Part shown: positions 1-11,322 of the stretch, in pieces
How the letters are laid out: every line of letters begins with the position of its first letter
How positions within the stretch are numbered: position 1 is the stretch's first letter
Assembly: GCA_947631295.1 (NCBI GenBank)
Contig: CANRKU010000001.1
Span: forward strand, 6,690 to 70,689
DNA from: an uncultured Bacilli bacterium
Lineage (GTDB): Bacteria; Bacillota_I; Bacilli_A; RF39; UBA660
Direction: 5' to 3'
Length of the DNA stretch: 64,000 nucleotides
Program-made: the position numbers and the translations under genes
Notes under the pieces: model-generated
Seen by the model: the letters and a program-made list of their open reading frames with translations, nothing else
What the model was told of the DNA's origin: nothing
Databases searched by the model: none

Positions 1-584
1 ATCAGTCTGTTCGACGCGGTTTAACTGGATTAGAATTTGCAACAGGTATTCCAGGTAGTATAGGTGGCGCCATATATATGAATGCGGGTGCTTATAAAAG
101 TGATATGGGATATGTTGTTTCTAAAATCAAAGTATTAACCCCTAAAATGACAGTTATCACTATGGTAAATCGAGAACTTAATTTTCATTATCGAACTTCA
201 TTTTTAAAAGATCATAAAGACTATATTTGTTTAGAAGCTACTCTTCAATTAAAAAAAGGAAATAAAGAGGAAATGGAACAGATTGTTTTAGATCGTAAAA
301 AAAGAAGATTAGAATCTCAACCTTTAGAATATCCTTCAGCTGGTAGTGTTTTTCGAAATCCGCCAGATATGTTTTGCGGCAAATTAATTGAAGATTTAGG
401 TTATAAAGGTTTAATTAAAGGGGGAGCTAAAATTAGCGAAAAGCATGCTAATTTTATTGTTAATTTTAATCATGCAAAAGCAAAAGATGTAAAAGAATTA
501 ATTGATTTTATAAAGCAGGTTGTAAAAGAAAAATATAATGTTGATTTAGTGGTTGAACAAGAATTAATTAATTGGGAGTCATAA
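1..584 (+). CDS. murB: UDP-N-acetylenolpyruvoylglucosamine reductase MurB, C-terminal part (5' end outside window)
   Basis: The frame is open from position 3 and the ORF-track ATG at 78 is internal. Translation contains MurB motifs (GIPGSIGGAIYMNAGAYG; SAGSVFRNP). Confidence 0.85.
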   Translation, partial: QSVRRGLTGLEFATGIPGSIGGAIYMNAGAYKSDMGYVVSKIKVLTPKMTVITMVNRELNFHYRTSFLKDHKDYICLEATLQLKKGNKEEMEQIVLDRKKRRLESQPLEYPSAGSVFRNPPDMFCGKLIEDLGYKGLIKGGAKISEKHANFIVNFNHAKAKDVKELIDFIKQVVKEKYNVDLVVEQELINWES

Positions 585-585
585 T

Positions 586-1269
586 ATGGCAAAGAAAAGA
601 AAGAAAAAAGTCAAAATTAAAATTTTACCATTTTTCATCATTGCTTTAATCATAGGTTTATTGATAGGATGTGGTTATTTACTAAGTCTTATTCCAATCA
701 AGAATATTTATATTATTGGTAATTCTTATTTGACTGATCAAGAAATCATAGAATTAGCAGGCATAGATAATTATCCTAGTTTTTTAGCTACTACTAAAAT
801 TTCTATGAAAAAGAAATTAAAGAAAAATCCATATATTAAAGAAGTGAATATTTATAAAAAATTATTTGCAGAAGTACATATTGAACTTGAAGAAGAAAAC
901 ATATTATTTAGAAAGCAAGAAACTGGTTTGATTGTGTTAGAAAATAAACAAGAATTAAATGATTATAATCAATATTCTGTTCCTGTTTTACTTAATTATG
1001 TTCCTGATACTAAATATGATAGTTTTGTAAAGGGAATGAATCAGGTAGATAATAGTATTAAAAGTCAAATATCTGAAATTCGATACTATCCAAATGGGCA
1101 AGATGAGGATCGTTTCTTATTGTATATGAATGATGGTAATTATGTTTATCTTACTCTCACAAAATTTAAACAAATTAATTATTATGAAGATGTTCTGGAA
1201 AAATTGGAAGGGAAAAAAGGAATTCTTTATCTAGATAGTGGTAATCATTTTCAGATTATGGAAGATTAA
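586..1269 (+). CDS. divIB: cell division protein DivIB/FtsQ
   Basis: 227 aa with a basic N-terminus, a single TM helix and a POTRA-like region. It sits immediately downstream of murB, as in dcw clusters. Confidence 0.7.
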   Translation: MAKKRKKKVKIKILPFFIIALIIGLLIGCGYLLSLIPIKNIYIIGNSYLTDQEIIELAGIDNYPSFLATTKISMKKKLKKNPYIKEVNIYKKLFAEVHIELEEENILFRKQETGLIVLENKQELNDYNQYSVPVLLNYVPDTKYDSFVKGMNQVDNSIKSQISEIRYYPNGQDEDRFLLYMNDGNYVYLTLTKFKQINYYEDVLEKLEGKKGILYLDSGNHFQIMED

Positions 1270-1359
1270 CGTTAATTAGAAAATTATTTTAAACTATGAG
1301 CATTTTCTTTTCTTTATATATATTTTATAGTATAATATTAGTAGTTATGGAGGATTTAT

Positions 1360-1920
1360 ATGTATAATTATATATTTGGTAAGATTACAGATATTGAAAG
1401 TACTTTTGTAGTAATAGAAGCAGGGGGAGTTGGATATCAAATATTTACGCCTAATCCTTATTCTTTTGATATGAATATGGTTTATAAAATATATGTTTAT
1501 CAAGTAGTAAGAGAAGATGAAAATAGTTTATATGGTTTTCAAACAAAAGAAGAAAAAGAAATGTTTTTAAAATTAATTAGTGTAAAAGGGCTTGGTCCAA
1601 AAATGGCTTTGCCAATCTTAGCAACGGGATCTCTTTCTGGTATCATGGATGCGATTGAAAGGGAGAATATTCTATATTTAAAAAAATTTCCGAAAATTGG
1701 AGATAAGGTAGCTAAACAGATTATTTTAGATTTAAAGGGGAAAGTTTCAATTGCTGGTTTGGAAAAAGTAAATAACGGAAATAGTTATGAAGAATTAACT
1801 GAGGTTTTAAAAGGGCTTGGTTATAAAGAAAAAGAAATTAAAGGTATTGTTGTCAAAGTAGATCAAAATTTATCTATTGAAGATCAAGTAAAAGAGGCAT
1901 TAAAGTTATTATTAAAATAG
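1360..1920 (+). CDS. ruvA: Holliday junction DNA helicase RuvA
   Basis: 186 aa with a RuvA-like N-terminus (IFGKITDIE...IEAGGVGYQI). It is followed directly by ruvB, and an AGGAGG-like RBS lies upstream. Confidence 0.9.
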   Translation: MYNYIFGKITDIESTFVVIEAGGVGYQIFTPNPYSFDMNMVYKIYVYQVVREDENSLYGFQTKEEKEMFLKLISVKGLGPKMALPILATGSLSGIMDAIERENILYLKKFPKIGDKVAKQIILDLKGKVSIAGLEKVNNGNSYEELTEVLKGLGYKEKEIKGIVVKVDQNLSIEDQVKEALKLLLK

Positions 1921-1939
1921 TTAGGAAGGAAGTGATTTT

Positions 1940-2950
1940 ATGGATGAGCGAATTGTTACTAATAGCGAATTAGAAGAAGATACTGTTGTAGAATCTAGTA
2001 TTCGTCCGTTAACTCTTTCAGAATATATTGGTCAAGAGGATGTAAAACAGAATATTCGAATTTATATTGAAGCTGCTAAAATGAGAGAGGAAGCTCTTGA
2101 TCATGTTTTATTATATGGTCCCCCTGGTCTTGGAAAAACTACTCTTGCTAATATCATAGCAAATGAATTAGGTGTGAATATTAAAACAGCTAGTGGTCCT
2201 AGTATAGAAAAATCTGGTGATTTAGCCGCTATTCTTTCTACGTTAGAAAAAAATGATGTTTTGTTTATTGATGAGATTCATCGAATGCCATCTTATATTG
2301 AAGAAATTTTATATCCTGCAATGGAAGATTTTGTTTTGGATATTATGATTGGGGGAGAGGGAAATAGTAGAAGTATCCGTATCAATTTACCTCCTTTTAC
2401 TTTAGTTGGTGCTACTACTAGAGCAGGTGATTTAACTTCACCGTTAAGAGATCGTTTTGGTATTATTGCCAAAATGCAATATTATACAATTGATGAACTA
2501 GTTCAGATTGTTAAAAGAACAGCAAAAGTATTCGAAGTATCAATTGAAGATAATGCTGCTATAGAGTTAGCTAGCCGTAGTCGCGGAACACCTCGTATTG
2601 CTAATCGATTATTGAAAAGAGTGCGCGATTTTGCTTTAGTAGAAGGTCATGGTATTATTGATATTGATATTACTAAAAAAGCATTACAACGTTTAAAAAT
2701 TGATGATATGGGCTTAGATGATACTGATCACCAATTACTTCTTGCTATCATTGAAAAATTTAATGGAGGTCCGGTAGGAATTGAGTCTGTTGCTTCTTCT
2801 ATTGGTGAAGAAGTAACTACAATTGAAGACGTTTATGAACCTTATTTATTACAACAGGGATTCTTAAAAAGAACACCGCGAGGAAGAGTAGCTACTCCTC
2901 TAGCATATGAACATTTAAAGATTGAATATCAGAGTGATCTGTTTCATTAA
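1940..2950 (+). CDS. ruvB: Holliday junction ATP-dependent DNA helicase RuvB
   Basis: Contains a Walker A motif ([12 protein letters not shown]) and a RuvB-specific C-terminal winged helix. It shows ruvA-ruvB synteny. Confidence 0.95.
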   Translation: MDERIVTNSELEEDTVVESSIRPLTLSEYIGQEDVKQNIRIYIEAAKMREEALDHVLLYGPPGLGKTTLANIIANELGVNIKTASGPSIEKSGDLAAILSTLEKNDVLFIDEIHRMPSYIEEILYPAMEDFVLDIMIGGEGNSRSIRINLPPFTLVGATTRAGDLTSPLRDRFGIIAKMQYYTIDELVQIVKRTAKVFEVSIEDNAAIELASRSRGTPRIANRLLKRVRDFALVEGHGIIDIDITKKALQRLKIDDMGLDDTDHQLLLAIIEKFNGGPVGIESVASSIGEEVTTIEDVYEPYLLQQGFLKRTPRGRVATPLAYEHLKIEYQSDLFH

Positions 2951-2965
2951 AAAAGAAAAGGAAGA

Positions 2966-3523
2966 ATGAAAATGGGAGAAAAAATATTTGTAGATTCAAA
3001 GGATTGTACTGTAGAAGGATTAATTAAAAAAATTAATGATATTATAGGGGAAGAATTTTCAATATTACAGGATGAAGATAGATTAGAAAAGTGGAATACC
3101 TTGCCTAAATTATTGGTGTTAGGTGAAAATCAGAAAAAACGATTATTAGAATTTATTGATTTTGTAGATTCTTTATTAGTACCAGTTTCAGAAAAAATCA
3201 TATATATTATTTCTTTATGTGGTTTATTAGAATATGGAAAATTAAAGATAGATGAATATGATTGTGGAAGTTTATTTACTTTGGCAGATTATTATCAAAA
3301 TAGTAGTATTTATGATATAAAAAATACTATTGGTATTATTGGGAATCAAAATTTATTATTAGTAGTAAGGGAAAAAACATTGGATTTAGAGGTTCGTAAG
3401 CAAATGCTTTCTGATATCTTAAATCGTGCTAATACAATTACTAATAAAAAAGAACTTAATCAATTTTTAATGGATGTAATTCAAGAGTATAAAGAAAAGA
3501 ATTATTATGATTTAGTAGGATAG
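2966..3523 (+). CDS. hypothetical protein (185 aa) inserted between ruvB and queA
   Basis: The ORF is intact and its codon usage is consistent with the neighbouring genes. No recognisable motif was found. Confidence 0.55.
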   Translation: MKMGEKIFVDSKDCTVEGLIKKINDIIGEEFSILQDEDRLEKWNTLPKLLVLGENQKKRLLEFIDFVDSLLVPVSEKIIYIISLCGLLEYGKLKIDEYDCGSLFTLADYYQNSSIYDIKNTIGIIGNQNLLLVVREKTLDLEVRKQMLSDILNRANTITNKKELNQFLMDVIQEYKEKNYYDLVG

Positions 3524-3537
3524 GAAGTAGGGATATT

Positions 3538-4563
3538 ATGAGGCTTGAAGATTTTGATTATGAATTACCAGAAAGATTAATTGCTCAGACACCTCTTCAA
3601 AAAAGAGATTCTTCAAGGTTATTAGTATTAGATAAAAAAACAGGTGAGATAGAACATAAAAGTTTTCCTAATATTTTGGATTATATGGAGGAGGGAGATA
3701 CCTTAGTATTAAATGATACTAAGGTTTTGCCTGCTCGTTTAATAGGCATGAAGGAAGATACTCATGCTGTAATTGAGATTTTATTATTGAAAGATCTACA
3801 AAATCATGTTTGGGAATGTTTGACAAAGCCCGCTAAAAGAGTACATGTAGGAACTGTTGTTGTTTTTGGTAATGGAGAGTTAAAAGCCAAATGTATTGAG
3901 GAAAAAGAAGATGGGATTCGTAAGTATGAATTAATTTATCATGGAATTCTTTTAGAAATACTAGAAAAATTGGGTACTATGCCACTTCCTCCTTATATTC
4001 ATGAAAAATTAGAAGACTCTGCTAGATATCAAACAGTATATGCAAAAAATATCGGAAGTGCTGCTGCGCCTACAGCAGGTTTACATTTTACAAAAGAATT
4101 ATTAGAGCAAGTAAAAGAAAAAAAAGTAAACGTTGTTTATGTGACATTACATGTAGGGCTAGGTACTTTTCGCCCTGTTCAAGAAGAAAATATATTAGAT
4201 CATAAAATGCATACGGAATATTATGAAATGAGTGAAGAAACTGCTCAAGTTCTTACTAAAACAAAAAAAGAAGGACATAAAATTATTGCAGTTGGAACGA
4301 CAAGTGTTAGAACATTAGAAACCATTATGACAAAATATCATTGCTTCCAGGCTTGTCAAGGAACAACAGATATTTTTATTTATCCTGGTTATCAATTTCA
4401 AACAGTTGATTGTTTAATTACGAATTTTCATTTACCAAAGTCGACATTAATTATGTTAGTAAGTGCTTTAGCTGGTAGAGAAAATATTTTACATGCTTAT
4501 CAAGAAGCTGTAAAAGAAAATTATCGCTTTTTCTCCTTTGGGGATAGTATGTTGATTAAGTGA
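3538..4563 (+). CDS. queA: S-adenosylmethionine:tRNA ribosyltransferase-isomerase QueA
   Basis: The N-terminus ([20 protein letters not shown]...RDSSRLLVL) is typical of QueA. It shows ruvAB-queA-tgt synteny. Confidence 0.95.
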   Translation: MRLEDFDYELPERLIAQTPLQKRDSSRLLVLDKKTGEIEHKSFPNILDYMEEGDTLVLNDTKVLPARLIGMKEDTHAVIEILLLKDLQNHVWECLTKPAKRVHVGTVVVFGNGELKAKCIEEKEDGIRKYELIYHGILLEILEKLGTMPLPPYIHEKLEDSARYQTVYAKNIGSAAAPTAGLHFTKELLEQVKEKKVNVVYVTLHVGLGTFRPVQEENILDHKMHTEYYEMSEETAQVLTKTKKEGHKIIAVGTTSVRTLETIMTKYHCFQACQGTTDIFIYPGYQFQTVDCLITNFHLPKSTLIMLVSALAGRENILHAYQEAVKENYRFFSFGDSMLIK

Positions 4564-4572
4564 GGAATAAAA

Positions 4573-5031
4573 ATGGAAGAATTTTGGAATCAAACGTGCG
4601 TATTGATAGATACGATGGGAAATGTAATTTTATCGGATCCTAATCTTCATGGACATAATAGTGCTATTAGTTATTGTGCTAAAAAGATAGGATTAGAAAT
4701 TAATGAAATGCAATCGATGGTTACTATGTTAGAAATAATTGTTTCTGCTGGGCATATTGCATTATTAAATACAGGAAAATCAGAAGATGATAATCATGGT
4801 ATGAAACGAAATGGTTATTTAGCATTACCAGCTTCTTTTCAAGAAACACAGATACCCAAATTAGAACTTCTAAGTTTCCTATTAGAAGAAGAATATCATG
4901 CTATTACTTCTTACCAATTAGAAAATCATTGCTTAAAGAAGAAATGTATGGGAAATGTGCAAAGTACGGTTCAATTAATCAATGATATATTAAGTAATTT
5001 GGCATCCTCCCATGACATTCAAAAAAAATAA
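4573..5031 (+). CDS. hypothetical protein (152 aa) inserted between queA and tgt
   Basis: The ORF is intact and has no recognisable motif. Confidence 0.5.
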   Translation: MEEFWNQTCVLIDTMGNVILSDPNLHGHNSAISYCAKKIGLEINEMQSMVTMLEIIVSAGHIALLNTGKSEDDNHGMKRNGYLALPASFQETQIPKLELLSFLLEEEYHAITSYQLENHCLKKKCMGNVQSTVQLINDILSNLASSHDIQKK

Positions 5032-5036
5032 TATGA

Positions 5037-6161
<1,125 letters not shown>

Positions 6162-6190
6162 AAAGAGCTCAATTTTGAACTCTTTTTAAT
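6162..6190. terminator. bidirectional rho-independent terminator between tgt and the convergent small membrane gene
   Basis: A near-perfect inverted repeat (AAGAGCTCAATTTTGAACTCTT) is flanked by A and T tracts. Confidence 0.55.
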
Positions 6191-6551
6191 TTGCTTTTCT
6201 TTTATTAATTCCTATCATACTACCTAGCATGGAAGAAGCTAATAGAATAAAGTAATAAATGATATTTTTTATATTGATTCCTTGATCAAATGCTAAATAA
6301 CTAATGATAAATAATAGAATAATTACTTCAACACCAACTTTTAAACCTTCTAACCATCCTTTTTTACTTGCTTTACTGCCAATATAAATTCCTCCTATTA
6401 ACATAGAAATGGCTATTATTAATAATTTTAAATAATTGCTAGTACCATCTCCAACTATATTAAAATAATATAGTAAAGAGAGAATGATATTTAAAATTAA
6501 AATAGGAATTAAGATATAGATTAGGGTTTTTAAATACTTTATTGCATTCAT
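6186..6551 (-). CDS. small integral membrane protein (121 aa, 3-4 TM helices)
   Basis: ORF with strongly hydrophobic segments, convergent with tgt. Confidence 0.55.
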   Translation of the reverse strand: MNAIKYLKTLIYILIPILILNIILSLLYYFNIVGDGTSNYLKLLIIAISMLIGGIYIGSKASKKGWLEGLKVGVEVIILLFIISYLAFDQGINIKNIIYYFILLASSMLGSMIGINKRKAN

Positions 6552-6624
6552 GATATCACCTAATAAAATCTATGATTATGTATAGTTTTTTATACCAAAA
6601 ACCATAATATATTTAGGTGATTTT

Positions 6625-7272
6625 ATGGATTATGTTATTGTTTTAGAAAGAACTGTTTTATTTTATATTATTATTACTTTATTATATCGTTTTATGGGAA
6701 AAAGAGAAATTGGACAACTGGGAATTGTTGATTTAATTGTATCTATTTTAATAGCTGAACTTGCTGCTATTTCTATTGATAATCGTGAAGAAAGTATATT
6801 TTTATCAATTATTCCTATTGTAGTATTGGTATTCATTCAAATTGGTATGAGTTATGTTTCTTTAAAATATTCGAAAGTTCGAGATGCTTTTGATGGAACA
6901 CCATCGGTTATGATTAATAGAGGAGTTGTCAATTTCAAAGAAATGGTAAGACAACGTTATAATCTAGATGATTTGTTAACACAGTTAAGAGAACAACATA
7001 TTAGAACCATTGAAGAGGTAGATTATGCTGTGTTAGAGTCTAGTGGAAAGCTTAGTGTTTTTAAGAAACAGAATAATCAATTTGGTGATTATCCTCTTCC
7101 TTTAATATTGGATGGGGTTGTTCAAAAAGAAACACTTGTGCAAATTAGGAAAAGTGAGAAATGGCTTCTTAGAACATTAAAAGATGAACAGGTAAAAATA
7201 GAAGATATTTTTTATGCTTTTTATAGGGATAAAGGACTTTACTTAATTAAAAAAAGTGAGCTTAATCAATAA
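6625..7272 (+). CDS. DUF421 (YetF/YdfS-like) membrane protein
   Basis: The N-terminal TM region is followed by a conserved DUF421-like core (FRFMGKREIGQL..DLIVSILIAE). AGGTGA RBS. Confidence 0.65.
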   Translation: MDYVIVLERTVLFYIIITLLYRFMGKREIGQLGIVDLIVSILIAELAAISIDNREESIFLSIIPIVVLVFIQIGMSYVSLKYSKVRDAFDGTPSVMINRGVVNFKEMVRQRYNLDDLLTQLREQHIRTIEEVDYAVLESSGKLSVFKKQNNQFGDYPLPLILDGVVQKETLVQIRKSEKWLLRTLKDEQVKIEDIFYAFYRDKGLYLIKKSELNQ

Positions 7273-7276
7273 AAAA

Positions 7277-7305
7277 AGAACTCAGAAGATTAGAGTTCTT
7301 TCTTG
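7277..7305. terminator. bidirectional terminator (hairpin AGAACTCAGAAGATTAGAGTTCT + T tract)
   Basis: A 7-bp perfect stem is followed by TTCTT. It lies between the converging DUF421 gene and the histidine kinase gene. Confidence 0.6.
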
Positions 7306-7400
7306 TAATTATCTATAGGTGAGAGAATTTTAGATAATTACTATGAAAATTTCTTTTCATAATTTAAATATAAAATATAAATGTGTAATTATTGTGTAAT

Positions 7401-8828
7401 TTATTTGAAATTTTTAATTTTAAAGTAAAAAGTTGTACCTTTATTTTTTTGAGAATGAACACCATATTCAAACTGATGTAGTTCTAAGATTTGTTTGACA
7501 ATAGCTAGACCAAGCCCAGTACCTACAGTATTTCTTTGATGATTTTTTTGTGACTTATAATATTTATCCCAGATAGAGTTGATATCTTCTTCTAAAATTC
7601 CTTTTCCTGTATCAGTAATTTCAACAGTAGTATCATCCATTTCTTTTCTTACATTAATATAAATCTTTTTGTCATCTCCTGTATAATTAATGGCATTATT
7701 GATTAAATTATAAATGACTTGTTCTAATTTTTGTTTATCAGCTTCAATCATAATAGTATCTGGACTAGTAATGATAAATTCATATTCTAATGTTTGAGAA
7801 AAAATTTCATAACGTTTGATAATAGTTTGAATTAATTCTGTTAAATTAAATCTTTCTTTGTTTAAAACTAACATTTTACTTTCCATAACGGATAAGGATA
7901 AAATATCATTTACTAGGGCATTTAAGCGATCTGTTTCATCAATAATGGTGTTTAAATTTGCTTCTCTTTTTTTCTTGTTTTTATACGTTAAATCACGAAC
8001 CATTTCAGCATAAGCTTTAATCATGGTAAGCGGTGTTTTTAAGTCATGTGAAACATTTGCCATTAAATCTCTTCTTAATTCATCAGTTTTTGCCAGTTCT
8101 AATTTTGTAGTATTTAAAGTATTGGTTAATTCTTGAATTTCAATAATATCTGTCTTTGTAGAAAAATCAGTATTATAATTTCCCTTTGCCAACTCTTTTG
8201 CTGATATCGTAATTTCTTCGATAGGTCTAGATAATTTTTTTGAAATAAAATAAGAGATAATTAAAGATAAGATTAACACAATAATAGTGACATAGATAAA
8301 TTGACTTTGTAGAATGGAAATAGTAGAATCAATTGGAACTAAAGAGGTAGAAATAAAAGCGTAAAAAGAATCATCTAATTTGATTCCATACATTAGTGTT
8401 TTGTTTTTAAATTGCGGATTAATCATGGTATATTTTTTACTTATTTTATTACTTTTTATAAAGTCTTCTTTATATTCTTTTGATGTTCCATTTTTCAAAC
8501 ATTCGCGGTTCATAAAACTATTGGTATAAGAAACCATATTATTTTCTATTGTTAATTCTACACAAATACCATTTTGAAAACTAATTTCATCTAATTTTTG
8601 AAAAAAATCATCTAAGGAATCCATTTGATTATAATTTACTATAATTTTATTGACTAGTTGATTCATATTTTTAGCTTTTCGCCACTCATAGTAGGAAGAT
8701 AAAAATAGAATTTGAAAAAACCATAAAAAGATTAGAATCAAAAAAGAAAATAAAATTAAATAGAACCATATTTTCGAATTAATACTATTTTTAAATCTTT
8801 TCATCTTTGATTTCAAATTTATATCCAA
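7401..8828 (-). CDS. sensor histidine kinase (HisKA + HATPase_c)
   Basis: Contains an H-box (ANVSHDLKTPLT), N/G1/G2 boxes (NLINNAINYT; DTGKGI; GTGLGLAIVK) and N-terminal TM helices. It overlaps the response regulator gene; an alternative start at 8804 is possible. Confidence 0.9.
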   Translation of the reverse strand: MDINLKSKMKRFKNSINSKIWFYLILFSFLILIFLWFFQILFLSSYYEWRKAKNMNQLVNKIIVNYNQMDSLDDFFQKLDEISFQNGICVELTIENNMVSYTNSFMNRECLKNGTSKEYKEDFIKSNKISKKYTMINPQFKNKTLMYGIKLDDSFYAFISTSLVPIDSTISILQSQFIYVTIIVLILSLIISYFISKKLSRPIEEITISAKELAKGNYNTDFSTKTDIIEIQELTNTLNTTKLELAKTDELRRDLMANVSHDLKTPLTMIKAYAEMVRDLTYKNKKKREANLNTIIDETDRLNALVNDILSLSVMESKMLVLNKERFNLTELIQTIIKRYEIFSQTLEYEFIITSPDTIMIEADKQKLEQVIYNLINNAINYTGDDKKIYINVRKEMDDTTVEITDTGKGILEEDINSIWDKYYKSQKNHQRNTVGTGLGLAIVKQILELHQFEYGVHSQKNKGTTFYFKIKNFK

Positions 8829-9474
8829 CTCCTCTTACTGTAGTAATTAAATCACGATATTTTCCTAGATTGTTTCTTAACATTTTTATATGTGTATCAA
8901 TTGTTCTGTCATCCCCAAAAAAGTCATATCCCCAAATGGAAGAAAGTAATCTTTCACGTGAAATCGCAATATTTTTATTTTTGACTAGATAAGTAAGTAA
9001 TTCAAATTCTTTTGGTGTTACTTTGATTTCTTTTTTGTCAATATAAATGGTATATCCTTTAAAATCAATGGTTAAATCATGATAAGTAAATTGGTCTAAT
9101 TCTTGATAAGTTCTTTTAGTTACTGCTTTGATTCTAGCAATTAACTCTTTTGGTGAGAATGGCTTAGTTAGATAATCATCAATTCCTAATTCAAAGCCAA
9201 ATAATTTATCATATTCTTCATTTCTAGCAGATAAAATAATGGTAGGAATATTTTTCATTTTTTTAATTTCTTTATAAGTGGAAAAACCATCTAATTTTGG
9301 CATCATAATATCTAATATGATGACATCAATATTGATATTTTCTACAATTTTAATTGCTTCTTGTCCATCTTCTGCTTCATAAACATGATATCCTTCATAA
9401 AGTGAATATTCTTTAATAACATCACGAATTAATTTTTCATCATCTACAATTAGTACATTCATAATTTCCTCCAT
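8791..9474 (-). CDS. OmpR-family response regulator
   Basis: Has a receiver domain (VLIVDDE...D...K) and a C-terminal winged-helix trans_reg_C (TPKEFELLTYL...GVGYKF). Confidence 0.9.
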   Translation of the reverse strand: MEEIMNVLIVDDEKLIRDVIKEYSLYEGYHVYEAEDGQEAIKIVENINIDVIILDIMMPKLDGFSTYKEIKKMKNIPTIILSARNEEYDKLFGFELGIDDYLTKPFSPKELIARIKAVTKRTYQELDQFTYHDLTIDFKGYTIYIDKKEIKVTPKEFELLTYLVKNKNIAISRERLLSSIWGYDFFGDDRTIDTHIKMLRNNLGKYRDLITTVRGVGYKFEIKDEKI

Positions 9475-9524
9475 TTCTTTTTATTATACATGTTTTTGTG
9501 TAATCTGTGTGAAAAAAACGACTT

Positions 9525-11222
9525 TTAAGCCGCTTTGATAGAATCATATTTTTTTACTTTAGTATTATTTTTTTCTAATTGTTTCTTCATATCATTTTTC
9601 ATTTTTTCTACATCCTTTTTATAGTTATTCATTTCTTTTTCTAAGGTAAATAATTTTTGGGATACCTCTTGATAACTTGGTAGATAAGAATAATTTTGAT
9701 AATCATGCTCAAAAGTATATTGAATTTCTGAGATTTGATGAATGTTATTATTAATTATATTTTCTAATAAATCGCTATCATTCATAGCATTTTTAATCAT
9801 TTCCTGATAATCTTTTATATCCACTTCTTTTATTACTATATCTTCCTTAATCGGGGTTGTCATTTTAATAATCATATCTAATGTGATAGCAGTTGTAATA
9901 GCTGCGACAGCATTATTTTTTATATTGAAATTGTGTTTAAAAGTTGCCATTAGTATTAATAATTCTAATAATGAATGATTAACATTTTTTGTAATTGTTT
10001 TTACTGTTTCCGTTATATTTACCGTTTGATTGACTTTCTCTTTAATTTCTTCTAACATTCTTTTTTCTAAGGCAATCATTTTTAGAATTTGTTTATTGAT
10101 TTCTTCTATGTTTATCATATTATTCTTTAATTCCAGAATTTGTTCTTCTTCTAGTTTCATTTGTTTTTCTTTTTCTTTAATTTGTTCATATAATTTTGTT
10201 TGTTTTTCTTCTATTTCAATCATGCTATCTATAATCGATTGATATTCTTTATTTTTGGTTATATTTTCTTGCAATTTTAATTGTTCTTTGCGGGTATTTT
10301 TATATTCTTCTAATAAATAGATTAGGTAGTTATCTGGTTCTTCTACTGGTAGTTTTAATTGTAGCATTTTTTCTAATGATAATATTTGCGTTTTTATTTT
10401 GTCTAACATTGTTACTAAATTTTCTCTAGCTTTATCAATCTCTTCTAATTCACTTTTATCAGTAATAAAATCCATATTTTCTTTTAAAATATCTATTTCT
10501 TCCTTTATTTTTTTTAACTCATATTTTTTATTTTGAATATCCTGATCGATAACTTTTAAAATTTGTTTTTCTAAAAATAGAGAAGATTCTTGTTCTTCGA
10601 TAACATTTCTTTTATTTTTTGATACTTTTTTTTCTTCTGGTTTTCGAGTAGAAAAAGATGAATCTATTTGATTTTCTTTTTTTTCTTCGATAACATTTCT
10701 TTCATTTTTTGATACTTTCTTTTTTTCTGGTTTTCGAGTAAGAAAAGAAGGGTTTATCTGATTTTCTTTTTTTTCTGTCCTATCCATTTCCATTTTTAAT
10801 TCTTTTTTTTCTTCTGATTTTTGAGTAGGGAAAGATGAATTTATCTGATTTTCCTTTTTTTCTTCTATAGTATTTATTTCCATTTTTAATTCTTTTTTTT
10901 CTTCGCTTTTGTTTTTATTATTTGATTTTAAATTGATTTTGGCATCTATTTGCATTTCTATTTCTTTTTCTTTTTGCTTTGATTCTTTTTCTAGAATTCC
11001 TGTTTTATCTTCTTTTTCTCGTATTTTTGCTGGTTTCTTTTTATCTTTTTGTTGATTGATAAAAATTATCAGTTCTTCCTGCTTCTTTTTTTGATGGTAT
11101 TCTTTTTGCTTTTGTTTTCTTCTTTTTTCTCTTAGCTTTATATTCTTTGTTCTTTTTTTCCTATTTAAAAAAGATAATATATAATCTCTTTTTCTACCTT
11201 TTTCACCTTTTTGATTATTCAT
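9525..11222 (-). CDS. Lys/Glu-rich coiled-coil protein with four imperfect tandem repeats of about 38 aa (565 aa)
   Basis: Long ORF co-oriented immediately upstream of the response regulator and histidine kinase genes. It carries repeated units (EKKENQI[ND][SP]SF.T[RQ]K.EEKK.SKN.RNVIE) and is extremely charged. Confidence 0.65.
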   Translation of the reverse strand: MNNQKGEKGRKRDYILSFLNRKKRTKNIKLREKRRKQKQKEYHQKKKQEELIIFINQQKDKKKPAKIREKEDKTGILEKESKQKEKEIEMQIDAKINLKSNNKNKSEEKKELKMEINTIEEKKENQINSSFPTQKSEEKKELKMEMDRTEKKENQINPSFLTRKPEKKKVSKNERNVIEEKKENQIDSSFSTRKPEEKKVSKNKRNVIEEQESSLFLEKQILKVIDQDIQNKKYELKKIKEEIDILKENMDFITDKSELEEIDKARENLVTMLDKIKTQILSLEKMLQLKLPVEEPDNYLIYLLEEYKNTRKEQLKLQENITKNKEYQSIIDSMIEIEEKQTKLYEQIKEKEKQMKLEEEQILELKNNMINIEEINKQILKMIALEKRMLEEIKEKVNQTVNITETVKTITKNVNHSLLELLILMATFKHNFNIKNNAVAAITTAITLDMIIKMTTPIKEDIVIKEVDIKDYQEMIKNAMNDSDLLENIINNNIHQISEIQYTFEHDYQNYSYLPSYQEVSQKLFTLEKEMNNYKKDVEKMKNDMKKQLEKNNTKVKKYDSIKAA

Positions 11223-11322
11223 GGTAAGACCTCATTTCTTTCTTATTATACTAAAAAGAATCTTATTCGTAAATATTTGTCTTTTTTATTATATATGCGT
11301 TATAATAATAGTAGGTGATGAT

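Noticed and set aside
8807-8992. Short ORFs on the opposite strand or in alternative frames of well-supported genes. Locations: 8807..8992, 10030..10242, 12612..12854, 13119..13325, 15273..15570, 19058..19243, 19294..19491, 32019..32270, 32524..32766, 33503..33736, 36424..36732, 37400..37606, 39411..39635, 40240..40431, 43542..43751 and 62637..62858
   Set aside because: All lie entirely within longer CDSs that have clear family signatures. They are AT-rich low-complexity translations with no RBS, and are treated as spurious.
11221-11322. Long N-terminal extension of the PAP2 gene starting at 11221 (ORF track)
   Set aside because: The extension overlaps the upstream gene start, is hydrophobic junk and lacks an RBS. 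The ATG at 11323 has an AGGTGA RBS and yields a normal PAP2 N-terminus.
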